Shown here one piece after another: positions 27,365 through 37,417 of a DNA stretch of 64,000 nt (position 1 is its first letter; every line of letters begins with the position of its first letter). The position numbers were made by a program, and so were the translations under genes. A model generated the notes under the pieces. It did no database searches. It was not told where the DNA came from and was given only the letters and a program-made list of their open reading frames with translations. Origin of the DNA: Sedimentisphaerales bacterium (lineage in GTDB: Bacteria; Planctomycetota; Phycisphaerae; Sedimentisphaerales; Anaerobacaceae). The stretch lies in the NCBI GenBank assembly GCA_963708075.1, contig OY970194.1:384001-448000 (forward strand). Reading direction: 5' to 3'.

Positions 27365-28297
27365 ATGGGCAAGAACAAGATTACCGTGGTTGGTGCTGGG
27401 AACGTGGGGGCGACGACGGCGTATATCGCCGCGACACGACGGCTGGGCGAGATCGTCCTGCTGGATATCGTCAAAGGACTGCCGGACGGCAAGGCGCTGG
27501 ATATGGCTGAGGCCAGTCCGATCTACCTGTCGCAACAGGACGTTGTCGGCACGATGGACTGGTCGGCAACCGCGGGCAGCGACGTGGTCATCATCACCAG
27601 CGGCGTGCCGCGAAAGCCCGGCATGAGCCGCGACGACCTGCTCGCCACGAACACCCGAATCGTCCGGGATGTTAGCCAGAAGGTCGCCGAGCACTCGCCC
27701 GACGCCTTTGTCATCGTCGTGTGCAACCCGCTCGACGCCATGGTCCACGTGGCCGCCAAAGTCACCGGCTTTCCCACGCACCGCGTGATGGGAATGGCGG
27801 GGGCCCTGGATTCCGCCCGTTTCAGTTACTTCCTGGCCGCCGAGTTGGGCGTCAGCGTCGAAGATGTCAAGTGCGTCCTGATGGGCGGCCACGGCGACGA
27901 CATGGTTCCCTTGCCTCGTTTCACATCCGTCAGCGGCATCCCGATCAGTCAACTGCTCAAAGGCGACCGAATCGACTCGCTGATCGACCGCGCCCGCAAA
28001 GGCGGCATCGAGATCGTCAATCTCCTGGGCTACAGCGCCTACTACGCTCCGGCCGCCGGCGCGGTGAAAATGGCCGAGGCGATCCTCCGCGATACGAAGA
28101 ATGTCATCTGCTGCTGTGCCTATTGCGACAAGCAGTACAGCGCGGGCGGGTACTTCGTCGGCGTGCCGGCCGTGCTCGGCAAAGGCGGCGTCGAGCGAGT
28201 GATCGAACTCGATCTGAACGAATCCGAGAAGAAGCAGTTGGCCGTATCGCTCGGCCACGTCAAGGAGCTCGTGACGCAGGTTGATAAGCTGCTGTAG
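27365..28297 (+). CDS. mdh: malate dehydrogenase (LDH-like)
   Basis: 'KITVVGAGNVGAT', 'GKALD', 'GVPRKPGMSRDDL', 'NPLD', 'LDSARF', 'GGHGD', 'SAYYAPA'. Confidence 0.95.
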   Translation: MGKNKITVVGAGNVGATTAYIAATRRLGEIVLLDIVKGLPDGKALDMAEASPIYLSQQDVVGTMDWSATAGSDVVIITSGVPRKPGMSRDDLLATNTRIVRDVSQKVAEHSPDAFVIVVCNPLDAMVHVAAKVTGFPTHRVMGMAGALDSARFSYFLAAELGVSVEDVKCVLMGGHGDDMVPLPRFTSVSGIPISQLLKGDRIDSLIDRARKGGIEIVNLLGYSAYYAPAAGAVKMAEAILRDTKNVICCCAYCDKQYSAGGYFVGVPAVLGKGGVERVIELDLNESEKKQLAVSLGHVKELVTQVDKLL

Positions 28298-28304
28298 GTT
28301 GCAT

Positions 28305-28444
28305 CGTGGCGAGGGCTTCCAGCCCTTGCGTCGCGAGGGCATCTTGCCCTCACTCTGCCAAGCTGCGACAGGTCTCCTCGTGCCGAAGTGCAAGGGCAGG
28401 ATGTCCTCGCCACGAAGGAACAAGGGCGAGACGCCCTCGCCACG
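28305..28444. repeat. REP-like mosaic, GTGGCGAGGGCnTCnnGCCCT family
   Basis: Four hairpin units in inverted arrangement between convergent genes; related copy at 37549-37652. Confidence 0.85.
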
Positions 28445-28465
28445 GGGCGAACGAGGACGTTCGCC

Positions 28466-29521
28466 CTACATGAGCATCAGGATGACGAAATACACAATCA
28501 TCATCGCCAATCCCAACGGGATCCCGAAGACGGCCCATTCCCGGCTCTTGATCCCGAGTTTGCCGGCACAGATGATGTTCGGGATGTTGCCCGGGATCAG
28601 CATGCCGCCGGCGATCAGCAGGCCCATCAGGATGCTTCGAATCTGGATGAGGGACATCTTGGGCGAGAGTTCTGCAGCCGTGAGGGTGGCGTTGTCCAGA
28701 ATGGCGGAAATCATGTTGATCCAATAAAGGGCCGCGGTGGGGAGGTGGATGACGTACTTATCGATGAGCGGCTGGAAGCCCGTGCCCAGAAGCACGAGGG
28801 CCATGACAAAGAGGTACACCTTGCCCGCGCGGATGAAAACGTCGCGAAAGCTCTCCAGCTTGTTCTCGCTGACGGACTCCGCGTACGCGACTTCCTTGCC
28901 CCGGAGGAACATCGCCACGATGCCGAGGGCCACCACGCCGGGGATGATGAAGATCGCGAGCTTCTGGAACAGGAACCAGAACCCGGCATGATACGGCTCG
29001 CCTGCCAGCTTGGCGACAGCAATCGTGGCCAGGGGTTCTCCCACGGGCGTGAGGGTGGCGCCGAGGCCGATGGAGAAACAAGTGACGATCACCAGCCGGG
29101 TCTCGATCTTCTTGTCCAAACGCAGGCCGGTGATGATCTCCGCCAGCACCAGGGACGCGATGATGGCCGTAATCACACTGGAGAGCAGCCCCAGCAGAAC
29201 CACGACCAGAAACAGGAAGAATCTCTGGCCCACCGCCCGCTCAATGCCCATGACATGGCGGCGCATTCGGTCTCGGAAGAAGCCGAAGAGTAACCCCGCC
29301 ACAAGCACGGCTTCGACGATGGGATGTTTGAGACGGATCGGATCCAGGAGAGCATCGACCACCAGGTGTCCGCTCCACTGGCTGGAGATCGTCACGGCCA
29401 GAACGCCCATGACGAATAAAAACGCCTCAAGCTGCTTTTCCACCTTGTGGATGAGAAACGGCAGCGTCAGGACCAGCACAATGATCGTCGCCAGGCCGGC
29501 GGTTACCAGATGCTCATTCAT
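28466..29521 (-). CDS. DUF1646 family multi-pass membrane protein (putative cation transporter)
   Basis: 'LPF..HKVE..LE.FLF.MG', 'LSSVITAIIA', 'GLGATLTPVGEPL', 'SAILDNATLTAAE', 'GGMLIPGNIPNII'. Confidence 0.85.
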   Translation of the reverse strand: MNEHLVTAGLATIIVLVLTLPFLIHKVEKQLEAFLFVMGVLAVTISSQWSGHLVVDALLDPIRLKHPIVEAVLVAGLLFGFFRDRMRRHVMGIERAVGQRFFLFLVVVLLGLLSSVITAIIASLVLAEIITGLRLDKKIETRLVIVTCFSIGLGATLTPVGEPLATIAVAKLAGEPYHAGFWFLFQKLAIFIIPGVVALGIVAMFLRGKEVAYAESVSENKLESFRDVFIRAGKVYLFVMALVLLGTGFQPLIDKYVIHLPTAALYWINMISAILDNATLTAAELSPKMSLIQIRSILMGLLIAGGMLIPGNIPNIICAGKLGIKSREWAVFGIPLGLAMMIVYFVILMLM

Positions 29522-29631
29522 AGACCGGTGACTCCAAATCCAGATATCAAGAGGCCGTAAGTCTATCGCAACAAGTAGCTCTGTCAAGTACGTGAGGCCC
29601 GAGATCGCCATTCGCTGAATCGGGGCAAGAG

Positions 29632-29660
29632 AAAACGGTGGGGCGGAGGCACCCCACCGT
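29632..29660 (-). terminator. intrinsic terminator
   Basis: Minus strand ACGGTGGGGTG-loop-CGCCCCACCGT-TTT, downstream of the oxidoreductase gene. Confidence 0.75.
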
Positions 29661-29694
29661 GTCATGCATACTACAGGCTCACCGGCCGGATCGA

Positions 29695-31020
29695 TCAGCC
29701 GTTGAGGGTCCAGCCTTCGCGGTACTTGCGGCTGAGCAGGGCGTTGGCCTCGTCGCTGTTCGTGACGCGGCCGGCGACCGGGTCGTAGTCCAGCTTCTTG
29801 CCGACGCGGTAGGCCACCAGGCCCAGCAGCATCATCTCGATCATCGTGCCGCCGTAGTCGAAATCGCACGAGGTCTTGAGATTGCCCTTGCAGGCGTTGG
29901 TCCATTCCTTCTGGAAATGTCCGACGTCGGGGAGCATCTTGTCCTTCGGCCGACGCTCATAGTAGCTCATGTCCGCGTTGTCGCCGAAGGGGATGATCAT
30001 GCGCGAGCCAAAATCGGCGATCAGGAAGCCCTTGGAGCCCTTGAACATCGCGCCGTGCCCGATCTTGTTCAGATCGACGGATTCCCTCGGCGACCTGGGC
30101 ATGGCGCCGCCCTCGTACCAGCCGACGCGGATGGCGGGCCGCCAATCGTTGGCCGGCAGGTCGAAATGGCTCTCCATCTCGACGGGCGTGACCTCCGGGT
30201 TGAACGGGTCGCCTTTGGCTTCCGCCGTGGTCGGCAAGCCGTAACCGATCGCGTCCCAGACGATGTCCATCGTGTGGCTGCCCATATCGCCGATCTGCCC
30301 GCTGCCGAAGTCCCAGTACATGTTCCACTGGAGGCAATTGGCGCCGGGGCCGCCGCTGAAATACTCCGGGTTGTACGGGTGCATGGGCGCGGGGCCGATC
30401 CACAGATCGTAATGCAGGTGGGCCGGCGGGTCGCCTGCGGCGGCCGGGTAGCCCTTGCGGCGGATCTGGCGATTGCCCCAGGCATATGCGTCGCTGAGGG
30501 TGCCGATCGCGCCGTCGCGGATCAGCTCCTGCACGCGATTGAAGTTCGGGTTCGCGTGACGCTGCATCCCGACCTGCGTCGCCAGCTTGTTCCTTTTCTT
30601 GAGCCAGTTCGCGCGGACGATGCGGGCTTCCTCGACGCTGTTGGCCAGCGGCTTCTCGCAGTACACGTGCATGTCCCGGTTCAAGGCCCAGTTGGCGACG
30701 AACGCGTGCGTGAAGTCCGTCGTGCAACAGACCACGGCGTCGATGCCTTTCTGATCGAGGCACTTGCGCCAATCGACGTACGTCTTGGCGTTCGGGAATC
30801 GCTTGGCGCCGAACGCCAGGTGCTCTTCGTTCACGTCACACAGGGCGACCACGTTCTCGCTCGCAAGGGCGTCGAAGTGGGCCTCGCCCCGGCCCCAAGT
30901 CCCGATCAGGGCCACGTTGAGCTTGTTGCTGGGGGCGTTGGCGCCGCTGAGCACGCCGCTGGGCAGGATGAGCCATCCGGCCCCGGTCGCTGCGGTCTTG
31001 AGGAAGTCACGTCGTTTCAT
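29695..31020 (-). CDS. Tat-exported Gfo/Idh/MocA family oxidoreductase
   Basis: 'MKRRDFLK', 'HVYCEKPL', 'TQVGMQ', 'YDLWIGPAP', 'FGSGQIGDMGSH'. Confidence 0.92.
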   Translation of the reverse strand: MKRRDFLKTAATGAGWLILPSGVLSGANAPSNKLNVALIGTWGRGEAHFDALASENVVALCDVNEEHLAFGAKRFPNAKTYVDWRKCLDQKGIDAVVCCTTDFTHAFVANWALNRDMHVYCEKPLANSVEEARIVRANWLKKRNKLATQVGMQRHANPNFNRVQELIRDGAIGTLSDAYAWGNRQIRRKGYPAAAGDPPAHLHYDLWIGPAPMHPYNPEYFSGGPGANCLQWNMYWDFGSGQIGDMGSHTMDIVWDAIGYGLPTTAEAKGDPFNPEVTPVEMESHFDLPANDWRPAIRVGWYEGGAMPRSPRESVDLNKIGHGAMFKGSKGFLIADFGSRMIIPFGDNADMSYYERRPKDKMLPDVGHFQKEWTNACKGNLKTSCDFDYGGTMIEMMLLGLVAYRVGKKLDYDPVAGRVTNSDEANALLSRKYREGWTLNG

Positions 31021-31133
31021 GCGGTCTTCTCCTTCTATCTGCGGTTCTCTCGTCACACAAACCCATCGCCGGACCACCTCCGGCCGCCAGCAGTCTATGT
31101 CCCCCCGCCCCCCAAAGCAAGCCCGCCGGCGGA

Positions 31134-31925
31134 AATTGGCTTTGTTTCACACCGCCGGGTCCGCCACCATGTGGCCCAGCCGCCCTCGGCTGGGATCACC
31201 CCCGGGGGCGGGGGTGCTACCTGACACTTCCTCCAATTGGCTTTGTTTCGTACATCGGCCCTCGCGTGGGCTGTGCCTGTCACCTGCCCGGCACGCCAGA
31301 TTGGCTTTGTTTCACACAACCATCCGCGCTCCCGACTTTGCCCCAGATGCCCCATTCGTCCCAAATTTGGCTTTGTTTCGCACGATCCGCGGTCGCGTCG
31401 CCTGCCGGGCGCTCCCTGGTGCTCGCTCTTGAAATTGGCTTTGTTTTGCACAATCGCCCGTCCCCGAATTGGCTTTGTTCCGCACGGTGGCCTATGTCTT
31501 TCATTCCCGTCTTCCAATCCGCATTCCGTAATCCGAAATCCGCAATCCCAAGGGGCCCCCCCGTCCCCGCCCAATTGGCTTTGTTTCGCAAACTGCCCGT
31601 CCCTGTTGCCGAACACTCGCCACGGCACACACTCGTATCCTTCATTCCGCACTCCGCAATCCGGATTCCGCACTCCCAAGGCCCTTGGCCCCGTGAATTG
31701 GCTTTGTTTCCCGCAGTGTCAACCTGTGCCTTTTCCTCATAACTCTTTTTCTGACCGGAACTTATCCTCAATTAGTCCTCGCCAGAATTGGGTTTGTTTC
31801 ACATAGTGACGATCAGCGAATTGGCTTTGTTTCGCGCAGACAGGGGACGCTAGGCTGCCGGAGACAATCCGCAATCTGCAATCCCCAATCCGCAATCGCT
31901 CTGGCAATTGGCTTTGTTTCGCATA
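31134..31925 (-). repeat. array of 11 co-oriented ~19-nt repeats (+ strand AATTGGCTTTGTTTCGCAC) with unique spacers
   Basis: Copies start at 31134, 31235, 31299, 31365, 31433, 31467, 31573, 31696, 31786, 31819 and 31906. Confidence 0.95.
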
Positions 31926-32064
31926 ATCAGGTCATTTGCCTCCAGCAAGCAGGAGGGCGTGACTGCCCCGGCGTCCCGCCGGTTGTCGAGGATGTGCGCG
32001 TCACCGGCCACGGTCAGCCCCTCCGAATTGACCATCTTACCATTCGCTATTCAGTTGCATTAGC

Positions 32065-32093
32065 ATCATACAAACATTAGCATTTTCCGTCAA
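32065..32093 (-). promoter_or_regulatory. sigma70-type promoter pointing into the repeat array
   Basis: Minus strand TTGACG-N17-TATGAT. Confidence 0.7.
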
Positions 32094-32294
32094 GTGAAAT
32101 CCTGTCGATGCACAGATTTGTGTCGGCGGTAAGTCGTTGCGTGACACGGATTTACACGAGATGTCACGGATTCTCATATCATTCCCGCGAAGGGCCTGCC
32201 CTCGACCTGATCGGGGGCGGGAATCCAAGATTCATTGTTCTGCCACAGAGGGCACCGAGAACACAGAGAGGGATGTCTCGGGTTGGGTGCCATG

Positions 32295-33779
32295 CAACGC
32301 CGTGAACTTAAGCGGCCTTGGTCTTTTCGTAAATCCTTTTGGCACAGCGTTTTTCCTTCTCATTGGCGGGGCGGATTCTCGGTAGGCCCGCGGGAGGATC
32401 GTTCTTCTTGTGCGGCCAATGCCGAGCCTGTTTCGGTCCGCTTCGGACGTAGGCGTCTTTGACTGCCTTTTGCAGTTGAGCCCGAAGACCGGCTCTTCGA
32501 GCAGACCGCCCGAGAGGATGCATGATGCGCCGGACCACCCGCAGCGATTCGCATACGCTCCAGCATAGCGGATCCCGCTTGGCCCCGATCAATGCCTCCA
32601 CGCTCCACAGACCGACTACCAGATACGCCAGCATCGCCCAGTCCAGTTCCCGCCGGGCCTCCTGCGGACAGCCGCTTCGCATCTTGTGCTGCTCCAGCGT
32701 CCGTTTGAACGAGCGATAGAAGACCTCGTGGCCCCACCGCATCCGATAGAACTGACCGATCTGCCGATCCGTCAGGGCCTGCTCCTCCATCACGCTGGTC
32801 ACCAGGTACACCGGTGAATGATGCGCCTGCTCGATCCGGATCAGCCGCAGTTGCAACGGCGGACACTTCGATTGTTTTCGCGTCGGCCACAGCCACACCA
32901 ACTCGCCCTTGATCTTGACGTGCACATCCGTCAGACCCGTCAGCAGCGTACGGTTCGAACCCATCCGCACCAGAACCTGCACTCCACGATCTACCAGCGA
33001 TCGCAGAAGATCAAAACCCGTAAAGCCGGCGTCCGCCACCAGCAAAGACCTGCTCGGCAGCAATCCCGCCATCGAGTGCAGGTGCGTCTGCTCCGACTGA
33101 ATCCCCGCTCCGATCCGCCACGCCCACGGCAGTCCTGTGCCCAGGTGGTACAGACTGGTCAACGACAACTGCGGCCCCGTCTTCTTGCGACCTGCACAAC
33201 CGAAGCTCTTTTGGTTCCTGGCGGTCCGGGGGACTTCGATCCGTGTGCCATCGGCCGAAAAGGCCAACCAGCCGTCCCGCCGCCAGAACGCACCGGCGAT
33301 GCGACGATGGTGACGCCGAAGGTGGTGTTTGATGGCTTGGCGTTGTTTGCCATTGATCCTGCGGCGGGCCTTGATGTATCCCTGGTAGGTCCCGCCGGGA
33401 CGTTTGCGGCCTCGATACATCTCGATCAGCCCCTGGCGGGCGTGAGTGAACCGATCCTTCAGTGTCCGCGACGGCTCCAACGCCATCAGCACAGACAGGT
33501 AGATCACATACTCCAGCGTCCATCGGCCCACACGACAACCGCTCGTGGACCCCAGAGCCGCCAGAGCCGAAAAAAGGGGGCCATGAAAATCTGACTCATG
33601 GCCGAACGCAACGGCTGCCGATGAAAATGCGTAGAGCCTCTGCTCTCGATCTTTCGAGTGTTCATTGGACACCTCCTTGCTTTGTTGTCCGGACAAATAC
33701 AACATCGGCAAGGAGGCTCTATTCTCTTGCGTTTCCTTCACTTGCGTCTTCTATAATCCCTGAAGAGTTCACGGCGTTG
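32295..33779 (-). mobile_element. IS4-type insertion sequence, 1485 bp
   Basis: 14-bp terminal inverted repeats CAACGCCGTGAACT / AGTTCACGGCGTTG; 9-bp target duplication GGTGCCATG at 32286-32294 and 33780-33788. Confidence 0.92.
32308..33741 (-). CDS. IS4 family DDE transposase (true start uncertain)
   Basis: 'SADGT', 'LLVADAGF', 'YRMRWGHEVFYRSFK' (Y-R-W-E-K signature). A better RBS (AAGGAGGT) with ATG at 33665 is out of frame. Confidence 0.9.
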   Translation of the reverse strand: MKETQENRASLPMLYLSGQQSKEVSNEHSKDREQRLYAFSSAAVAFGHESDFHGPLFSALAALGSTSGCRVGRWTLEYVIYLSVLMALEPSRTLKDRFTHARQGLIEMYRGRKRPGGTYQGYIKARRRINGKQRQAIKHHLRRHHRRIAGAFWRRDGWLAFSADGTRIEVPRTARNQKSFGCAGRKKTGPQLSLTSLYHLGTGLPWAWRIGAGIQSEQTHLHSMAGLLPSRSLLVADAGFTGFDLLRSLVDRGVQVLVRMGSNRTLLTGLTDVHVKIKGELVWLWPTRKQSKCPPLQLRLIRIEQAHHSPVYLVTSVMEEQALTDRQIGQFYRMRWGHEVFYRSFKRTLEQHKMRSGCPQEARRELDWAMLAYLVVGLWSVEALIGAKRDPLCWSVCESLRVVRRIMHPLGRSARRAGLRAQLQKAVKDAYVRSGPKQARHWPHKKNDPPAGLPRIRPANEKEKRCAKRIYEKTKAA

Positions 33780-33893
33780 GGTGCCATGCCTATGCTCGCA
33801 TAGGCATGCTCAATCTCCGCAGATGAAACCACGAAGGTCACGGAGAGTACGAAGAATAGCCCAGAGCGACCTTCGGCCACAACCAGATTCACG

Positions 33894-33969
33894 CACGCAG
33901 AGACGCGGAGTCGCAGAGAAAGGCGGGATGAAACATGTTCTAGACTCTGCGTCCCTGCGCCTCTGCGTG
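33894..33969. repeat. inverted 9-mer tandem repeat (CACGCAGAG family)
   Basis: cacgcagag-acgcggag-tcgcagag ... ctctgcgt-ccctgcgc-ctctgcgtg. Confidence 0.8.
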
Positions 33970-34205
33970 AAATATAACCCCTTAGCTTGCCTTGGCTTAT
34001 GCTACCGCTCTGCAAGGAAGCGAGACTGAACGAGTAGTGGTAGAAAGACTGGCACGAAGGATGTCTGTCTTGATGGTTGACGCGGCGTCCAACTGCGGTT
34101 AGGGTAGTGGTGGTACCGGTGGGACATACGTGCGTTGGAGACCCGCAGCCGTAGTTCTTGCCGTCACGCGCCTGTCCTGCTATGTTGCAGTAACGAGATG
34201 ACAGT

Positions 34206-35060
34206 ATGCTGGAACTGAGCAAGATAAAACCTGTGATCGCGACCACGAAGTCGTGGATACGCATGATCAACTTTCTGGCTCCTGGAAGATGGCTCTCACG
34301 GGCAAGGGCTGTACACATCAAGAGATTGTTTGGTTTTCTTGCCGATGCCGATATCACTACAGGCAGGACTCCTCGTGACGACGTCTGTTCACTGCAATTG
34401 TTCCGAAATTGGCTGACGCATCATTTTCGACGCAGGCGCACCATTACCTACACGGACCAGTTGATGCCTCTTGACCTGAGTAAGGACTTATGCACGATTG
34501 GTGGACCCGTAGACCATCCACTTACGCGATATGCTCTGGGCTACGACCATAGTGGCGAGGAGTGTAATCGAATCCTTCCATTCTTCTTTCCACTGGGTGA
34601 GCCTGTGTCATATAAGCAGCCAGTACTCAGGCTGTGGAAAGGCGAATCGTGGGAAGTCCGCAAGTGGTTCATCAGTGATCGCAACGATCGTCCCCAGTTC
34701 ATCCCTGCTCCTGATCGGAATGGGTATTTGAATAAAGACTACCTAATGCTGGTTGTTGTGCCGAATACTTTTACTGAGGAGGCATTCTATACTGGGCGGA
34801 AGCACATGATCATCGCCGCAACTCACGGTCTTGCCCAGCTAGCCGTCAAGGATATCTTAGATAACGACAGCATCTTGGGGAAGCTATGCAAGGGTCGGGA
34901 GAAGAGTGAATGCTTTCAGGCTATCATTGAGGTCACAGCCAGTCTCACAAGGGATGGTAGGAGCTATGTACCATCGGACTTTACTGTCGCAGCCTGTGAA
35001 CCTGTGAATGTGGGTGATTTCGCCAGCTTCATCAGGTTTAGAGAATGGTTGCAGTCGTGA
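34206..35060 (+). CDS. hypothetical protein, lower GC
   Basis: 284-aa ORF with globular-looking motifs 'LCTIGGP', 'DYLMLVVVPNTF', 'MIIAATHGLA'; codon usage differs from the core genes. Confidence 0.7.
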   Translation: MLELSKIKPVIATTKSWIRMINFLAPGRWLSRARAVHIKRLFGFLADADITTGRTPRDDVCSLQLFRNWLTHHFRRRRTITYTDQLMPLDLSKDLCTIGGPVDHPLTRYALGYDHSGEECNRILPFFFPLGEPVSYKQPVLRLWKGESWEVRKWFISDRNDRPQFIPAPDRNGYLNKDYLMLVVVPNTFTEEAFYTGRKHMIIAATHGLAQLAVKDILDNDSILGKLCKGREKSECFQAIIEVTASLTRDGRSYVPSDFTVAACEPVNVGDFASFIRFREWLQS

Positions 35061-35167
35061 CACGTAGGCACAGTCATGACGGACGGGGAACTCTGAGGCC
35101 GGCCTGGAACTCCGGGCAAGGCAGTACAAGCCGACCCCTGAGGAGCGAGTAGGTCCAAGGAATTGAG

Positions 35168-36147
35168 ATGATTACGAAGAAGACTGTACTGGTGTTGGGA
35201 GCAGGGGCAAGTAAGGCTTATGAATTCCCCCTTGGGAGGCAACTTGTCCGAGACATACGGATTTCGGCCGGTTCTCCTGAGAGGAAGAACTGGTGCATAG
35301 CTTTCCTTGAGTTCCTGCAGAGCAACGCGCCAGAAGAAGTGCCACCATGGAGTGACCTTCCTTCCAAGATGGAACGCCTCAGCAAAGCACTTGGAATGGC
35401 CCGCCCAGCCTCGATTGATCAATTCCTAGCATTACGTCCAGATATCGCAAATGCCGGGAAACTGGAGATTGCCATTCGTCTCTTACAGGCAGAGCAGAAA
35501 TCACGAGAACCCTTTGCAGGACGACAGCACTGATGGGCATTGGTACGATTTCGTGAAGTCGCAGATGGTAGGGCCCATTCGCGTATTTGGGGAAAACCAG
35601 TTGCGTATTATCACGTTCAATTATGACCGGTTCTCTTGAACATTGGCTGTATGAATCCCTTTGGCCCTATTACTCCGCCGATACATCAGAGGAGGAATAC
35701 CGCAACGTGATGAATCAGATTCCAATTCTTCACATCTATGGGAGTCTGGGACCTTTGCCTTGGCAATCGGTCACGGGGATAGTCGGATATGGAGCACAGG
35801 GATATGCGGAAATCTTGATAGCCAGCAAGAGCATTAAGGTTCTTCATGAAGGTACAGCCCATGAAGTCAATGACAACTTCCGGAAGGCTCAAGAGTGGAT
35901 GAGATGGGCCAACCGGATCGTATTTCTGGGCTTCGGATTTCACCCGGACAATGTTGAACGCCTTGGCCTTCGGGATGTACTTAAAGGCAACAAACGCATC
36001 ACAGCTACGTGCAAAGGACTAGACCTGACGAACAAGGAGGCTGTGGAGTTCTGTACCGGAGCACCAAAATCGCGCCCCAGCGTCAACTTCCCTGATTCAA
36101 AGGCCGACTGTTACACACTGCTGCACGATTATGTTGTCCTATCATGA
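35168..36147 (+). CDS. SIR2-like (SIR2_2) NAD-binding protein split by two frameshifts (~35510, ~35630)
   Basis: 'VLVLGAGAS..Y.FPLG', 'IITFNYDR', 'ILHIYGSLG' and 'IVFLGFGF...N' are spread over three frames in order. Confidence 0.8.
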
Positions 36148-36177
36148 GAACGAGAGAGTCACCTATTAGAGATATCA

Positions 36178-36425
36178 GGGGGACACAATACTCAATTCAG
36201 ACCCGAAATAGGTAAGCCGTCCCCGGAAATCGACGCCTTTCATTCAACCCGGTAGGTAGCCATTGCGTTTCAGGTCCGCCACGAGCTCCTCATGCGAAAT
36301 CGCCGGTTCTTCCCTGCGTTCAGCAAACACGGCTAAGTCCTCGATATCCTCCAGAAGCTCCTCAAACTCTTTGGATATCGGGAACACAATACTTAATTCG
36401 GACCCGAAGCAGGTAAGCTGTGCCC
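36178..36425 (+). repeat. two ~45-bp direct repeats bracketing TA remnants
   Basis: gggacacaatactcaattcagacccgaaataggtaagccgtcccc (~36180-36224) and gggaacacaatacttaattcggacccgaagcaggtaagctgtgccc (~36380-36425). Confidence 0.8.
36230..36369 (-). pseudogene. remnant of a RelBE-type antitoxin 3' end and toxin 5' start
   Basis: Minus strand 'EFEELLEDIEDLAVFAERREEPAISHEELVADLKRNGYLPG*' overlaps 'MATYRVE*KAS', which resembles a RelE N-terminus with W changed to stop. Confidence 0.65.
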
Positions 36426-36444
36426 GGAAAGGCGAGCACGATTC

Positions 36445-36933
<489 letters not shown>

Positions 36934-37314
36934 CTACCGACTACCGGCTACTTGCCGGGCGAGGAGGGCGTAGGCGGCCAGGGTCAGGCAGACGAGAGCG
37001 ACGATCAGGAGGATGAAGCCGAAGAGGGTGAGGACTCCGGCGATGAAGCCTTCTTCGAAGTAGGGGGAAGTGGCGGCGTGTTTGCGCAGGCGCGCGCCGG
37101 CGGTGAGCAGGGGCCAGGCGACGCCGAGCAGGCCGACGCCGGCCAGGACGCTTCGCAGGGGGCTGTCGAAGAAGGGCTTTTCCGACTCCGGCAGGAGCAT
37201 CACGACGGTGAAGCATGTGACGGCGATGATAAGGGCGATGGCGATTCTGGCTACGAGGGCCTTTGGGGAGGGCCTCTTTGGGGCATTGCTCTGAATGTCG
37301 TTTGTCTGGTCCAT
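36934..37314 (-). CDS. small three-helix membrane protein
   Basis: ATG at 37314; three hydrophobic segments; host-like high-GC codons. Confidence 0.7.
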   Translation of the reverse strand: MDQTNDIQSNAPKRPSPKALVARIAIALIIAVTCFTVVMLLPESEKPFFDSPLRSVLAGVGLLGVAWPLLTAGARLRKHAATSPYFEEGFIAGVLTLFGFILLIVALVCLTLAAYALLARQVAGSR

Positions 37315-37417
37315 AGCGTCACGCTGTTCAAAGGTCGATAGGCTACCACGTACACGATGGCCGGAGGCGGGGCCCGTGTCAACGGAATTTCCTGGGGGGC
37401 AGGGCGGGACCGTTGGG

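Noticed and set aside
29521..29630. Sodium riboswitch (DUF1646 motif) upstream of the DUF1646 gene
   Set aside because: A TTGACA-N16-TAGACT promoter lies only about 40 nt from the start codon, and I could not recognise the aptamer. An Rfam scan would settle it.
31134..31925. Canonical CRISPR array
   Set aside because: The repeat is only about 19 nt and degenerate, spacing is irregular (33-123 nt), and no cas genes are in the window. Kept as an unexplained array instead.
31095..32035. ORFs across the repeat array (31095..31679, 31237..31806, 31266..31742, 31280..31771, 31850..32035)
   Set aside because: They overlap in several frames on both strands and consist of translated repeats, with no recognisable domain.
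33560..33665. Programmed -1 frameshift in the IS4 transposase
   Set aside because: The CCCCCTTTTTT run is not a properly phased slippery heptamer, and indel errors are common in this sequence.
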